Origin: Piromyces finnis finn
Taxonomy: Eukaryota; Fungi; Neocallimastigomycota
Reading direction: 5' to 3'
NCBI GenBank assembly: GCA_002104945.1
Contig: MCFH01000007.1
Span: 620,001 to 684,000 of the forward strand
DNA length: 64,000 bases
Shown one piece after another: positions 1-12,491 of the stretch. The number at the start of each line of letters is the position of its first letter. Position 1 is the first letter of the stretch. A program made the position numbers and the translations under genes. The notes beneath the pieces are model-generated. The model had not been told where the DNA came from, did no database searches, and saw only the letters and a program-made list of their open reading frames with translations.

Positions 1-3000
1 TTTAATAAATGGAGTTTCTCAAGGGGGACTACTCATGCTCATGGTACTGAGAAAGTATAAAGAATTAAATCCAAGTATTGCGCAATGGATGCTTGGTTAG
101 TCTTTAAAGGAAAATTATTAGGACTAAGCTCATGGTACTGAGCGATTAAAAAACATTTTATTCATCGAATTTAAGTATTTGATGAATAAGTTGAATGTTT
201 GATATTCAGGTAAGTTTGTATAGTATTTTATTAGAAGAGTATTACATTTTGTTGCTGTATTTTTTCTTTTATTCATGTATTCATGTAGTACTACTCTTCT
301 CTTGTAAGAATCCAATGTAGTCAACTTTAGCATTTGCATTGTATTTTTATATTCATGTAGCTATTGTTGTATTGTTTCTTGTAAGAGACTGATTCACTCT
401 ACATCATGTAAAAATACTATTCACAAGCTTTCTGGTGTCGACATTCTTGATTCAAATTTTTTACCAATTTAAATATTTAATGAAAAGTAAAGTCAAACAA
501 TTTTAGTGTCAAAAAGCGAATCGAATTTACTAACAACAAACCAAAACTAGAATTTTTAAAGAAAATTTACAACTAGAATTCAAAAAAAAAGAAACTTTAA
601 ACAAAGCATCGTAACAATTTTTGTTCTATCCAGTACTTTTAAGAAGAGAGAGAGAGACAGATTTTTTTCCATATACGTTATATTTGTAATTTTTATTAGT
701 ATTTATTTTATATTCAATATTTTTTAATTAGAATTAATTATCATGTCAGTCCTTTATATTAAAGATAAGAATTATATCAGACGTGGTACCCGGTCTTATG
801 GTATCCCCTTAGATGATATTCGCTCCTTCTTTATCCGTGGTATTCGATCATGGTCAGTAAATATGCTATGGGAAAAACTCGAGGTTATTCTAGAAGATAA
901 ATTTAATTCAGTTATTAGTGTTAAATATTTTCAGACTTTCAATGTTCACTTTTTCTTAGTCAAGGTTCATGGTTCATCGAAAGATTGTATTAAAATCTTA
1001 CACATGTTAAAGAAGAAACTTTCAGTTACCTCAATTTCCTTTTCAGCTCGTAGTAGAAGGAATCACAAATACACTTTTTCCACACTCAAACGTAAAATTT
1101 AATTTCTAATAAACATCAACATTCTATTCAACAATCATTTCAACAATCAGTTCAACAATCTCATCAACAATCCGATCTTCAACAAGATCTTCAACAGGAT
1201 CTTCAACAGGATCTTCAACAAGTTTCCCATCATGAAAATATTCCAGATCTACAGCAAACACAATTTCAATCTCAACATTCAACAATTAATTCTAATAGCT
1301 CTATCAACTCTGATAACAGTTCAATAGTTGATAGTTCTTCAGTTTCACAGCCATCTAGTAATAGTTCTACTTATTCCTCTGATGCATCATCCATTAATAA
1401 CGATGACTTTAATAATAATAATAATAGCAACGATTCTTCCTCATCCAACAAGCCTGATAACTTTTCTTTTTGTCTTAGTTGGAACACCAATGGGTGGAAT
1501 CACGAAAAGAGAGATAGTATTAGCTATTTCACAGCTATTTTCAAACCATTATTTTTATGTTTCCAAGAAACTGGTAATGGTTCTGGATCGAATACAGATT
1601 ATCCTTGTCGTGTTACTTTGCGAAACTATAGACACTTTTTCAAGAAAGCTGACGAATCAGTTCCGGGAATGAGAGGTTTATATTTAGGTTTTCACAATTC
1701 GTGTCAAGCCTCACTTGAAAACTTCTCTGGAAAATATATTATTTCTATTTATACTTTTAGTCTCTGGAATAGATTCAAATGCTCGATTGGAAATGTTTAT
1801 ATGCCTCATAGTCATCACAACATCTATGTTGATCATGCAAAGTTAGAAGTTCGCTTGTGGTTACAAACTCATTCATCCCATCCATCGATTCTTGTTGGTG
1901 ATTTTAATATGTCTAAAGTAAAATTATCCAACTGGTTATCAACTAATGGATTAGGAGATTGGGAAATTCTTCCGCTTAGAGGGTCTACTATCTCTTGGAC
2001 TCGAGGTGATCAATCTTCCGACATTGACCATGCTCTTATCAATTCGAAGATGAAAGATCTTATTCACTCAGGATCATTTATAAATAATTTTTATCCTGTG
2101 TCAGACCATAAGCCACTTCTTATTAATGGTAAAATTATTCCTATGGAAGATTTTTCTAATGACTTTAATGTTCCTAAGAAAATTCTGAAATGGAATAGAT
2201 TAAAATGTATTGAGGAAAAGGAATCTATTCTCAGTCATAATAAATTCCAAATACTTTCAGCAAAATTCAACGATCCTAATGTTTCTACAGATGAACTTTC
2301 CAAAGAGTTTACTTCAACTGCTTTTTCAATTGCAGACGAGCTCAGTATTACCTCAGCAAATAATGTTATAAAGTCTTCATTTCATATTTCACAACAAATT
2401 TTTAATCTTCAAAAAATCAAAATGAAGTTGTATAAGAGATTTAAAAAAGAAAGAATTTATGATATAGATGAATTTATTAAAAGAATTAAAATCTACCGTA
2501 AGCTCATTGATTACATCCACAAAAGATGTAATGAATTTAGGAAGCAAGAATATCTTCATTGGATTAAAACAGGATGTGAGTATATGAAGAGTCATAATCC
2601 TAAGAAGGCCTGGAAATGGATCAAGAAAACTGCAAAAATTGGAAAAGATTCTTTCTTTATTGCTCAACCAATTAAAAATAAAAATGGAGAATTAGTTGTT
2701 GCTACGGAAGAACAACTAGAATTGTGGCATGATCATTTCGAAAACCTTGCATCAGATCCAAGTGGTGTAAGTCTTGATTTGGAGCATTGGTATGAAGAAC
2801 CAACGAATAAACGTTTTTCACTTACTATGCTTGATGAGTGGGATATCAACCAAGATATTAGTATTGATGAAGTCAAGTCAGCTATCCTCTCTACTCCAAA
2901 TTATAAAGCATCAGGTCCGGATGGTATTCCAATTGAATTTTACAAAGCATTAATTCCATCAAGTAATGATTCTAATAATGCTACAGATAATAATTCTTCT

Positions 3001-5507
3001 GGTAATACCACTTCAGATAATGATGCTCATGGTTTAAATTTTATTCTTAAATTATTCAACCGTATTTGGGATGGAGACTTCCCCAACTCATGGAATGAAT
3101 CCAGTATTGTTTCTATTCCTAAGAAGGGAGATTTGACAGATTGTGATAACTATCGAGGTATATCACTTATCAATAATGGTATTAAGTTGATTTCCAAAAT
3201 TGTCACCACTAGAATCTCAGAATATGGTTTAAAGAATAATTTCATTAGACCTGAACAATTTGGTTTTCGAAAAAAGGAAGAAAGTATCAGTCTTTTCATC
3301 TCAATCCAAGAAATATGCCGTAGACGTCAATTAGATAATAAAGAGACATATTTGGCCTTTTTAGATCTCAGGAAAGCATACGATTCAGTCCCAATCGGTA
3401 ATATTCTCCATAAATTAGATTGTTTAGGAATCCGAGATAAGAGTTTACAATTTATCAAAAATTTATATTTAACATCTAAGGCTAATGTCATATTAGATGG
3501 ACAATTCTCGAAATCTTTTGATGTGAAGAAAGGAGTCCGTCAAGGTTGCCCACTTTCTCCTATTCTCTTTAATCTCTTTATTAATGATATATTTAGAGAG
3601 TGCGAAGATCTCGGAGTCAGTTTAGGTGACACTCGATGCTGTGGTGGACTTTTTGCAGATGATATAGTTATTTGTGCTCCAACAAGAGGATGCTTAAAAA
3701 AGATGCTAAGAAGAGTTAATGAATGGGCCTTGTATAATGAAATGGAATTTGGTATCCAGAAATGTTCAACGATGGTGATTCGTCCTGAATCAATAGAAAA
3801 TCAGAACAAGAGAGATCCAACATTTTACTTAGCAGGACAACCCATTCCAACTACTGATTGCTATACTTATCTTGGTGTTCCATTTGATAAGAATTTGTCC
3901 CTTAAACCAGTTATTAAAACTCTTAATAACAAAGTTTTGAAAGGACTTTTTTCAGTCAGTAAATTCTTAAGAAATCCTAATATTCCTATTCCTTTCAAAA
4001 AGCTAGTACTTAACTCACAAGTGATTAGCAGAGTTTCATACTTTGCACCATTACTTGGATCCAACAAAGCTAGGTCTAGGATTGCTCAGAAGCATGTTAA
4101 CAAAGGAGTACGATGGGTTGCCGGAGTTCATAAAGCTGTATCGTTTATATCTTTATACTCTATCTCAAAAGATTTGAATATTCCTCCATTGTCAGCCAAA
4201 TGTGCATTAGCTCAAGTTAGATGTTTTAACAAATGGAAAAACTCGAATTGTATTATCTCACACCTTGTCAATTACATTCCTAAATTTAGAAAATATACAT
4301 GGTGCAAATCAAGTAGGACACTTGATAAAAAACTAAAGAAACATGGAGATGTTAAAGCAGTTAAAAACTTTTATTGGAAAGATCTCAAAAGGAATTCAAT
4401 CAAAGCGCAATATTATGATGATAATAAATTTATTGAAACTAAAGATTTTATTAAATTATGTTATGAGTACCCAGAGTTTGCCTATGGCTTTTACTGGCTA
4501 TTGAAAGCAAGAAGCGGATACAAGTTGGATGCTAGAGTTGCCAAAGCTGCTAAATTTGTTGATCCAGTTTGTCCTAACTACTGTCCATGTTGCAAGTGTG
4601 GAGATCAAAGTATTAAACATTGGTTATTAGATTGTCCAACATTTAGAGATATCCGTATTAAACATTATGATTCCATAGTCCAGCTACTAAATTTTTTCAG
4701 TCAACGTAATTCCAACAGTCCTATCAATAATAATGAAAATGTTAATATCAGTAGAGATAGTAATAATATTTATAATAATAATAATAGTAGTAATAATAAT
4801 AACAATAGTAATAGTAACAATAGTAATAATAACAATAATAGTAGTAAAAATAATAATATTAGTAATGATAGCAATAGTGATGATAATAATTCTAATTTAG
4901 ATAGTAATTTAGTTAATAATAGTAATAGTTCTAATAATCCGGTGAATATTAATGTGTATGATTATTCTAGTGTGTGCAGTAAAATATTTAAATTCCTTCT
5001 TGGGGGAAGAAGTTTTAACAATATAAATTACAATTCAAGGGAATGGAAAGAACTTTGCAAGCGTCAGATTCAATCTGGTACTAATGAAGGAACACCATTA
5101 TTGACGGTAACAGCGGAACTTCTAACCAAAATCATGCCTTTTGCTATTGGCCAGCAATGGTCAATGTTCAAAAGGTTTGAAGCAACATCCAAGAGCGTCA
5201 ATGCTGAAGAAACAGTAAGACAGGCCAGGAGGGCCAGCGCAACCAATGGAGATCATAATTTTGTTCCATGACAAAATTTTAATCTTTGGCTCGGTGTCCC
5301 ATTGGAAGTCAAATACAATTATTATACCTTAGTATAATAGTGGCTTTCTTACTTTAATTAAAATTACTAGAATACATTATACCCAATTTTTATTCATTTG
5401 TGTTTATTTAAACATATTTTTTTTATTTTTATTTTTATTTTTAATTTTTTATTACATGTATTATAATTTTAATTAAATTAATAATAAAGTTTAAAATATT
5501 TGATGCC

Positions 5508-5539
<32 letters not shown>
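1..5539 (+). mobile_element. Non-LTR retrotransposon (LINE, single ORF APE-RT-zinc finger), copy A; the 5' end runs off the window
   Basis: Nearly identical along its length to the inverted copy at 7696-13379. Starts inside a 5' monomer. Ends ...TTGATGCCGTT followed by A29 (5511-5539). Encodes APE, RT and a CxxC..H..C domain. Confidence 0.95.
743..5271 (+). CDS. LINE polyprotein (APE endonuclease + RT + C-terminal zinc finger), broken by a 1-nt deletion near 1100
   Basis: APE motifs SWNTNG, FQETG, GDFN, DIDH, SDH. RT motifs PGPDG-like SGPDGIP, QFGFR, DLRKAYD, GVRQGCPLSP, FADD. Zinc finger CPCCKC..HWLLDC. Copy B reads ATT TTA GTT TCT where this copy reads ATT TAA TTT CT, which explains the split ORFs 743-1102 and 1618-5271. 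Confidence 0.92.
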
Positions 5540-5542
<3 letters not shown>

Positions 5543-5572
5543 TTCTTTTTTTTATTTCATTTAATTTATTAG

Positions 5573-5632
5573 GTAGGGACCAATCCCACACAGTACAAAT
5601 TGCAGAGTTCATTGAACTTTTATGCAACTTAA
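5573..5632 (+). other. Terminal coding exon (VGTNPTQYKLQSSLNFYAT*) of an unidentified host gene, paralogous to 7188-7247
   Basis: Preceded by a pyrimidine-rich tract and TAG acceptor. 5 of 7 differences from the 7188-7247 copy are synonymous in this frame. Confidence 0.55.
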
Positions 5633-5815
5633 ATAATTATTTTATATTTTTTTATATTTACATTTTTATTTATATATATTTTATTATTTTTATTTATTAT
5701 TTATTATATCAATATCAAAATGTATTATCACCTAATATTATGTAATATCACTAATTAAATAAGTAAATAAATAAAAGATGTGTATTCTCTTCCTAGTCTA
5801 AAAAAAAAAAAAAAA

Positions 5816-6868
5816 ATGTTATGAGTACCCAGAGTTTGCCTATGGCTTCTACTGGCTATTGAAAGCAAGAAGAGGATACAAGTTGGATACTAGAGTTGCA
5901 AAAGCTGCTAAATTTGTTGATCCAGTTTGTCCTAACTACTGTCCATGTTGCAAGTGTGGTGTTCAAATATTAAACATTGGTTATTAGATTGTTCAACATT
6001 TAGAGATATCCGTATTAAACATTATGATTCCATAGTCCAGCTACTAATTTTTTTCAGTCAACGTAATTCCAATAGTCCTATCAATAATAATGAAAATGTT
6101 AATATCAGTAGAGATAGTAATAATATTATTAGTAATAGTAACAATAGTACTAATAACATTAACAATAGTAATAGTAACAATAGTACTAATAACAATAATA
6201 GTAGTAAAAATAATAATATTAGTAATAATAACAATAGTAGTAACAACAATAGTAGTAATAGAAATAATAATATTAGTAATGATAGTAATAGTGAAGATAA
6301 TAATTCTAATTTAGATAGTAATTTAGTTAATAATAGTAATAATTCTAATAATCCGGTGAATATTAATGTGTATGATTATTCTAGTGTGTGCAGTAAAATA
6401 TTTAAATTCCTTCTTGGGGGAAGAAGTTTTAACAATATCAATTACAATTCAAGGGAATGGAAAGAACTTTGCAAGCGTCAGATTCAATCTGGTACTAATG
6501 AAGGAACACCATTCTTGATGGTAACCGCGGAACTTCTAACCAAAATCATGCCTTTTGCTATTGGCCAGCAATGGTCAATGTTCAAAAGGTTTGAAGCAAC
6601 ATCCAAGAGCGTCAATGCTGAAGAAACAAGTAAGACAGGCCAGGAGAGCCAGCGCAACCAATGGAGATCATAATTTTGTTCCATGACAAAATTTTGATCT
6701 TTGGCTTGGTGTCCCATTGGAAGTCAAATACAATTATTATACTTTAGTATGATAGTGGCTTTCTTACTTTAATTAAAATTACTAGAATATATTATACCCA
6801 ATTTTTATTCATTTGTGTTTATTTGAACATATTTTTTATTTTTTTTATTTTTTATTTTTAATTTTTAT
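5816..6868 (+). mobile_element. 5'-truncated LINE fragment of the same family (C-terminal ORF and most of the 3' UTR)
   Basis: Matches copy A from ...TGTTATGAGTACCCAG to ...TACATGTA. Has two 1-nt indels (about 5962 and 6628), lacks the last ~50 nt of the 3' UTR, and is preceded by A17. Confidence 0.9.
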
Positions 6869-7004
6869 ATTACATGTAATAAAAAATTTGAATGAATAGT
6901 TTTATAGTTCATCAGGGTCTTATATTTAATATATAGAGGGTCTCGCGATTTTTCATATTAAAACAATCTCTATCATTAGTAGCTCAATGAAGCTACTTTT
7001 TGAT

Positions 7005-7247
7005 AGGTTTAGTAAGACACGTCGTACCGATATGGTAAAGGAACATTCCTAATGTTCTGTATACAAGGTTCAGTATTAGTATTTCTTCGAATGAAAACAT
7101 TATGAACTCATGGGAGAGTTTAATGGACACCACACTGTTCTACCTGATGTTAATTCTTTTTATTTTTATTTCTTTTTAATTTATTAGGTAGGAACCAATC
7201 CAACACAGTACGAATTGCAAAGTTCCTTGAACTTTTATGCCATTTAA
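7005..7247 (+). pseudogene. Relic of a host gene ending in exon VGTNPTQYELQSSLNFYAI*
   Basis: GC-richer coding-like stretch with in-frame stops (7005-7148), a possible short GT..AG intron (7149-7187), then the exon 7188-7247 paralogous to 5573-5632. Confidence 0.4.
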
Positions 7248-7389
7248 AATTATAATTTTATATTTATATAAATGAATAGTAAAATTAAGATTGTGTAGTT
7301 AAAACTTATTCTTTCAACTTTTAAGTGTTTTTATATTTTTATATCCATCTACCTCATTATATGTACGTTAGTTCCATTTGTTCTTACTA

Positions 7390-7480
7390 CAGGTTCCTTA
7401 TTATACACCACTTTTTTTTTTTTTTTGGACCCAACAAAGCTAACACTAAAATAACACAAATTTGTCATACCAAGGAATGT
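7390..7480 (+). mobile_element. Old, diverged LINE RT fragment
   Basis: Translates QVPYYTPL..GPNKANTKITQ versus RVSYFAPLLGSNKARSRIAQ in the young copies, with an expanded T run inside. Confidence 0.5.
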
Positions 7481-7692
7481 ATTTAAGCTATGGATTTAAA
7501 AAAACAACACTATTCCTAAAAAAAAAAAAAAATTTACTAAAACTGACTGAAAAACTAAAAATATTCATAAAGGTAAATTTTCAAAAGAAATCATTAAATT
7601 AGTAAATATTGTTGGAAAAAAAAAAAAATTTTTAAATTAATGCCCTTAAATATGAAAATAAAGATACAATATATATATATATATATGAATTT

Positions 7693-7731
<39 letters not shown>

Positions 7732-7968
7732 GGCATCAAATATTTTAAACTTTATTATTAATTTAATTAAAATTATAATACATGTAATAAAAAATTAAAA
7801 AATAAAAATAAAAATAAAAAAAATATGTTTAAATAAACACAAATGAATAAAATTTGGGTATAATGTATTCTAGTAATTTTAATTAAAGTAAGAAAGCCAC
7901 TATCATACTAAAGTATAATAATTGTATTTGACTTCCAATGGGACACCGAGCCAAAGATCAAAATTTTG

Positions 7969-10900
7969 TCATGGAACAAAATTATGATCTCCATTGGTTG
8001 CGCTGGCCCTCCTGGCCTGTCTTACTGTTTCTTCAGCATTGACGCTCTTGGATGTTGCTTCAAACCTTTTGAACATTGACCATTGCTGGCCAATAGCAAA
8101 AGGCATGATTTTGGTTAGAAGTTCCGCGGTTACCGTCAAGAATGGTGCTCCTTCATTAGTACCAGATTGAATCTGACGCTTACAAAGTTCTTTCCATTCC
8201 CTTGAATTGTAATTAATATTGTTAAAACTTCTTCCCCCAAGAAGGAATTTAAATATTTTACTGCACACACTAGAATAATCATACACATTAATATTCACCG
8301 GATTATTAGAACTATTACTATCATTAACTAAATTACTATCTAAATTAGAATTATTATCTTCACTATTGCTATCATTACTAATATTATTATTTCTATTATT
8401 GTTATTATTACTATTGTTACTATTACTATTGTTACTATTACTATTGTTATTACTACTATTGTTACTATTACTATTAATGTTATTACTATCTCTACTGATA
8501 TTGTCAATTTCATTATTATTGATAGGACTATTGGAATTACGTTGACTGAAAAAATTTAATAGCTGGACTATAGAATCATAATGTTTAATACGGATATCTC
8601 TAAATGTTGGACAATCTAATAACCAATGTTTAATACTTTGATCTCCACACTTGCAACATGGACAGTAGTTAGGACAAACTGGATCAACAAATTTGGCAGC
8701 TTTGGCAACTCTAGCATCCAACTTGTATCCGCTTCTTGCTTTCAATAGCCAGTAGAAGCCATAGGCAAACTCTGGGTACTCATAACATAATTTAATAAAA
8801 TCTTTAGTTTCAATAAATTTATTATCATCATAATATTGCGCTTTGATTGAATTCCCTTTGAGATCTTTCCAATAAAAGTTTTTAACTGCTTTAACATCTC
8901 CATGTTTCTTTAATTTTTTATCAAGTGGACACTTGATTTGCACCACGTGTATTTTCTAAATTTAGGAATGTAATTGACAAGGTGTGAGATAATACAATTT
9001 GAGTTTTTCCATTTGTTAAAACATCTAACCTGAGCTAACGCACATTTGGCTGACAATGGAGGAATATTCAAATCTTTTGAAATAGAGTATAAAGATATAA
9101 ACGATACAGCTTTATGAACTCCGGCAACCCATCGTATTCCTTTGTTAACATGCTTCTGAGCAATCCTAGACCTAGCTTTGTTGGATCCAAGTAATGGTGC
9201 AAAGTATGAAACTCTGCTAATCACTTGTGAGTTAAGTACTAGTTTTTTGAAAGGAATAGGAATATTAGGATTTCTTAAGAATTTACTGACTGAGAAAAGC
9301 CCTTTCAAAACCTTGTTATTAAGAGCTTTAATTACTGGTTTAAGGGACAGATTCTTATCAAATGGAACACCAAGATAAGTATAGCAATCAGTAGTTGGAA
9401 TGGGTTGTCCTGCTAAGTAAAATGTTGGATCTCTCTTGTTCTGATTTTCTATTGATTCAGGACGAATCACCATCGTTGAACATTTCTGGATACCAAATTC
9501 CATTTCATTATACAATGCCCATTCATTAACTCTTCTAAGCATCTTTTTTAAGCATCCTCTTGTTGGAGCACAAATAACTATATCATCTGCAAAAAGTCCA
9601 CCACAGCATCGAGTGTCACCTAAACTGACTCCTAGATCTTCGCACTCTCTAAATATATCATTAATAAAGAGATTAAAGAGAATAGGAGAAAGAGGGCAAC
9701 CTTGACGGACTCCTTTCTTCACATCAAAAGATTTCGAGAATTGTCCATCTAATTTGACATTAGCCTTAGATGTTAAATATAAATTTTTGATAAATTGTAG
9801 ACTCTTACCTCGGATTCCTAAACAATCTAATTTATGGAGAATATTACCGATTGGGACTGAATCGTATGCTTTCCTGAGATCTAAAAAGGCCAAATATGTC
9901 TCTTTATTATCTAATTGACGTCTACAGCATATTTCTTGAATTGAAATGAAAAGACTAATACTTTCTTCCTTTTTTCGAAAACCAAATTGTTCAGGTCTAA
10001 TGAAATTATTCTTTAAACCATATTCTGAGATTCTAGTGGTGACAATTTTGGAAATCAACTTAATACCATTATTGATAAGTGATATACCTCGATAGTTATC
10101 ACAATCTGTCAAATCTCCCTTCTTAGGAATAGAAACAATACTGGATTCATTCCATGAGTTGGGGAAGTCTCCATCCCAAATACGGTTGAATAATTTAAGA
10201 ATAAAATTTAAACCATGAGCATCATTATCTGAAGTAGTATTACCGGAAGAATTATTATCTGTAGCATTATTAGAATCATTACTTGATGGAACTAATGCTT
10301 TGTAAAATTCAATTGGAATACCATCCGGACCTGATGCTTTATAATTTGGAGTAGAGAGGATAGCTGACTTGACTTCATCAATACTAATATCTTGGTTGAT
10401 ATCCCACTCATCAAGCATAGGAAGTGAAAAACGTTTATTCGTTGGTTCTTCATACCAATGCTCCAAATCAAGACTTACACCACTTGGGTCTGATGCAAGA
10501 TTTTCGAAATGATCATGCCACACTTCTAGTTGTTCTTCCGTAGCAACAACTAATTCTCCATTTTTATTTTTAATTGGTTGAGCAATAAAGAAAGAATCTT
10601 TTCCAATTTTTGCAGTTTTCTTGATCCATTTCCAGGCCTTCTTAGGATTATGACTCTTCATATACTCACATCCTGTTTTAATCCAATGAAGATATTCTTG
10701 CTTCCTAAATTCATTACATCTTTTGTGGATGTAATCAATGAGCTTACGGTAGATTTTAATTCTTTTAATAAATTCATCTATATCATAAATTCTTTCTTTT
10801 TTAAATCTCTTATACAACTTCATTTTGATTTTTTGGAGATTAAAAATTTGTTGTGAAATATGAAATGAAGACTTTATAACATTATTTGCTGAGGTAATAC

Positions 10901-12491
10901 TGAGCTCGTCTGCAATTGAAAAAGCAGTTGAAGTAAACTCTTTGGAAAGTTCATCTGTAGAAACATTAGGATCGTTGAATTTTGCTGAAAGTATTTGGAA
11001 TTTATTATGACTGATAATAGATTCCTTTTCCTCAAAACATTTTAATCTATTCCATTTCAGAATTTTCTTAGGAACATTAAAGTCATTAGAAAAATCTTCC
11101 ATAGGAATAATTTTACCATTAATAAGAAGTGGCTTATGGTCTGATACAGGATAAAAATTATTTATAAATGATCCTGAGTGAATAAGATCTTTCATCTTCG
11201 AATTGATAAGAGCATGGTCAATGTCGGAAGATTGATCACCTCGAGTCCAAGAGATAGTAGACCCTCTAAGCGGAAGAATTTCCCAATCTCCTAATCCATT
11301 AGTTGATAACCAGTTGGATAATTTTACTTTAGACATATTAAAATCACCAACAAGAATCGATGGATGGGATGAATGAGTTTGTAACCACAAGCGAACTTCT
11401 AACTTTGCATGATCAACATAGATGTTGTGATGACTATGAGGCATATAAACATTTCCAATCGAGCATTTGAATCTATTCCAAAGACTAAAAGTATAAATAG
11501 AAATAATATACTTTCCAGAGAAGTTTTCAAGTGAGGCTTGACATGAATTGTGAAAACCTAAATATAAACCTCTCATTCCAGGAACTGATTCATCAGCTTT
11601 CTTGAAAAAGTGTCTATAGTTTCGCAAAGTAACACGACAAGGATAATCTGTATTCGATCCAGAACCATTACCAGTTTCTTGGAAACATAAAAATAATGGT
11701 TTGAAAATAGCTGTGAAATAGCTAATACTATCTCTCTTTTCGTGATTCCACCCATTGGTGTTCCAACTAAGACAAAAAGAAAAGTTATCAGGCTTGTTGG
11801 ATGAGGAAGAATCGTTGCTATTATTATTATTATTAAAGTCATCGTTATTAATGGATGATGCATCAGAGGAATAAGTAGAACTATTACTAGATGGCTGTGA
11901 AACTGAAGAACTATCAACTATTGAACTGTTATCAGAGTTGATAGAGCTATTAGAATTAATTGTTGAATGTTGAGATTGAAATTGTGTTTGCTGTAGATCT
12001 GGAATATTTTCATGATTGGAAACTTGTTGAAGATCTTGTTGAAGATCTAGTTGAAGATCGGATTGTTGATGAGATTGTTGAACTGATTGTTGAAATGATT
12101 GTTGAATAGAATGTTGATGTTTATTAGAAACTAAAATTTTACGTTTGAGAGTGGAAAAAGTGTATTTGTGATTCCTTCTACTACGAGCTGAAAAGGAAAT
12201 TGAGGTAACTGAAAGTTTCTTCTTTAACATGTGTAAGATTTTAATACAATCTTTCGATGAACCATGAACCTTGACTAAGAAAAAGTGATCATTGAAAGTC
12301 TGAAAATATTTAACACTAATAACTGAATTAAATTTATCTTCTAGAATAACCTCGAGTTTTTCCCATAGCATATTTACTGACCATGATCGAATACCACGGA
12401 TAAAGAAGGAGCGAATATCATCTAAGGGGATACCATAAGACCGGGTACCACGTCTGATATAATTCTTGTCTTTAATATAAAGGACTGACAT
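7969..12491 (-). CDS. LINE polyprotein (~1500 aa) with one frameshift at about 8927-8930
   Basis: ORF 12491-8910 (N-terminal domain, Q/S/N linker, APE, RT) overlaps ORF 8946-7969 (zinc finger, Asn-rich tract, C-terminus). The lesion is a 5-nt to 4-nt change between inverted repeats. Confidence 0.93.

Noticed and set aside
2389-4067. Antisense ORFs repeated in each LINE copy (92 aa MSNKERIF..., 66 aa MLDPSNG...; also 9178-9378, 10578-10856, 60176-60376, 61576-61854)
   Set aside because: Shadows of the near-identical sense ORF; their recurrence only reflects copy identity.
6058-6314. Poly-Leu and Ile/Val-rich ORFs over the Asn tract, and similar hydrophobic ORFs opposite HSF1 and the bZIP T/S repeats (14366-15670, 36014-37144)
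   Set aside because: Alternative-frame or antisense readings of low-complexity coding repeats.
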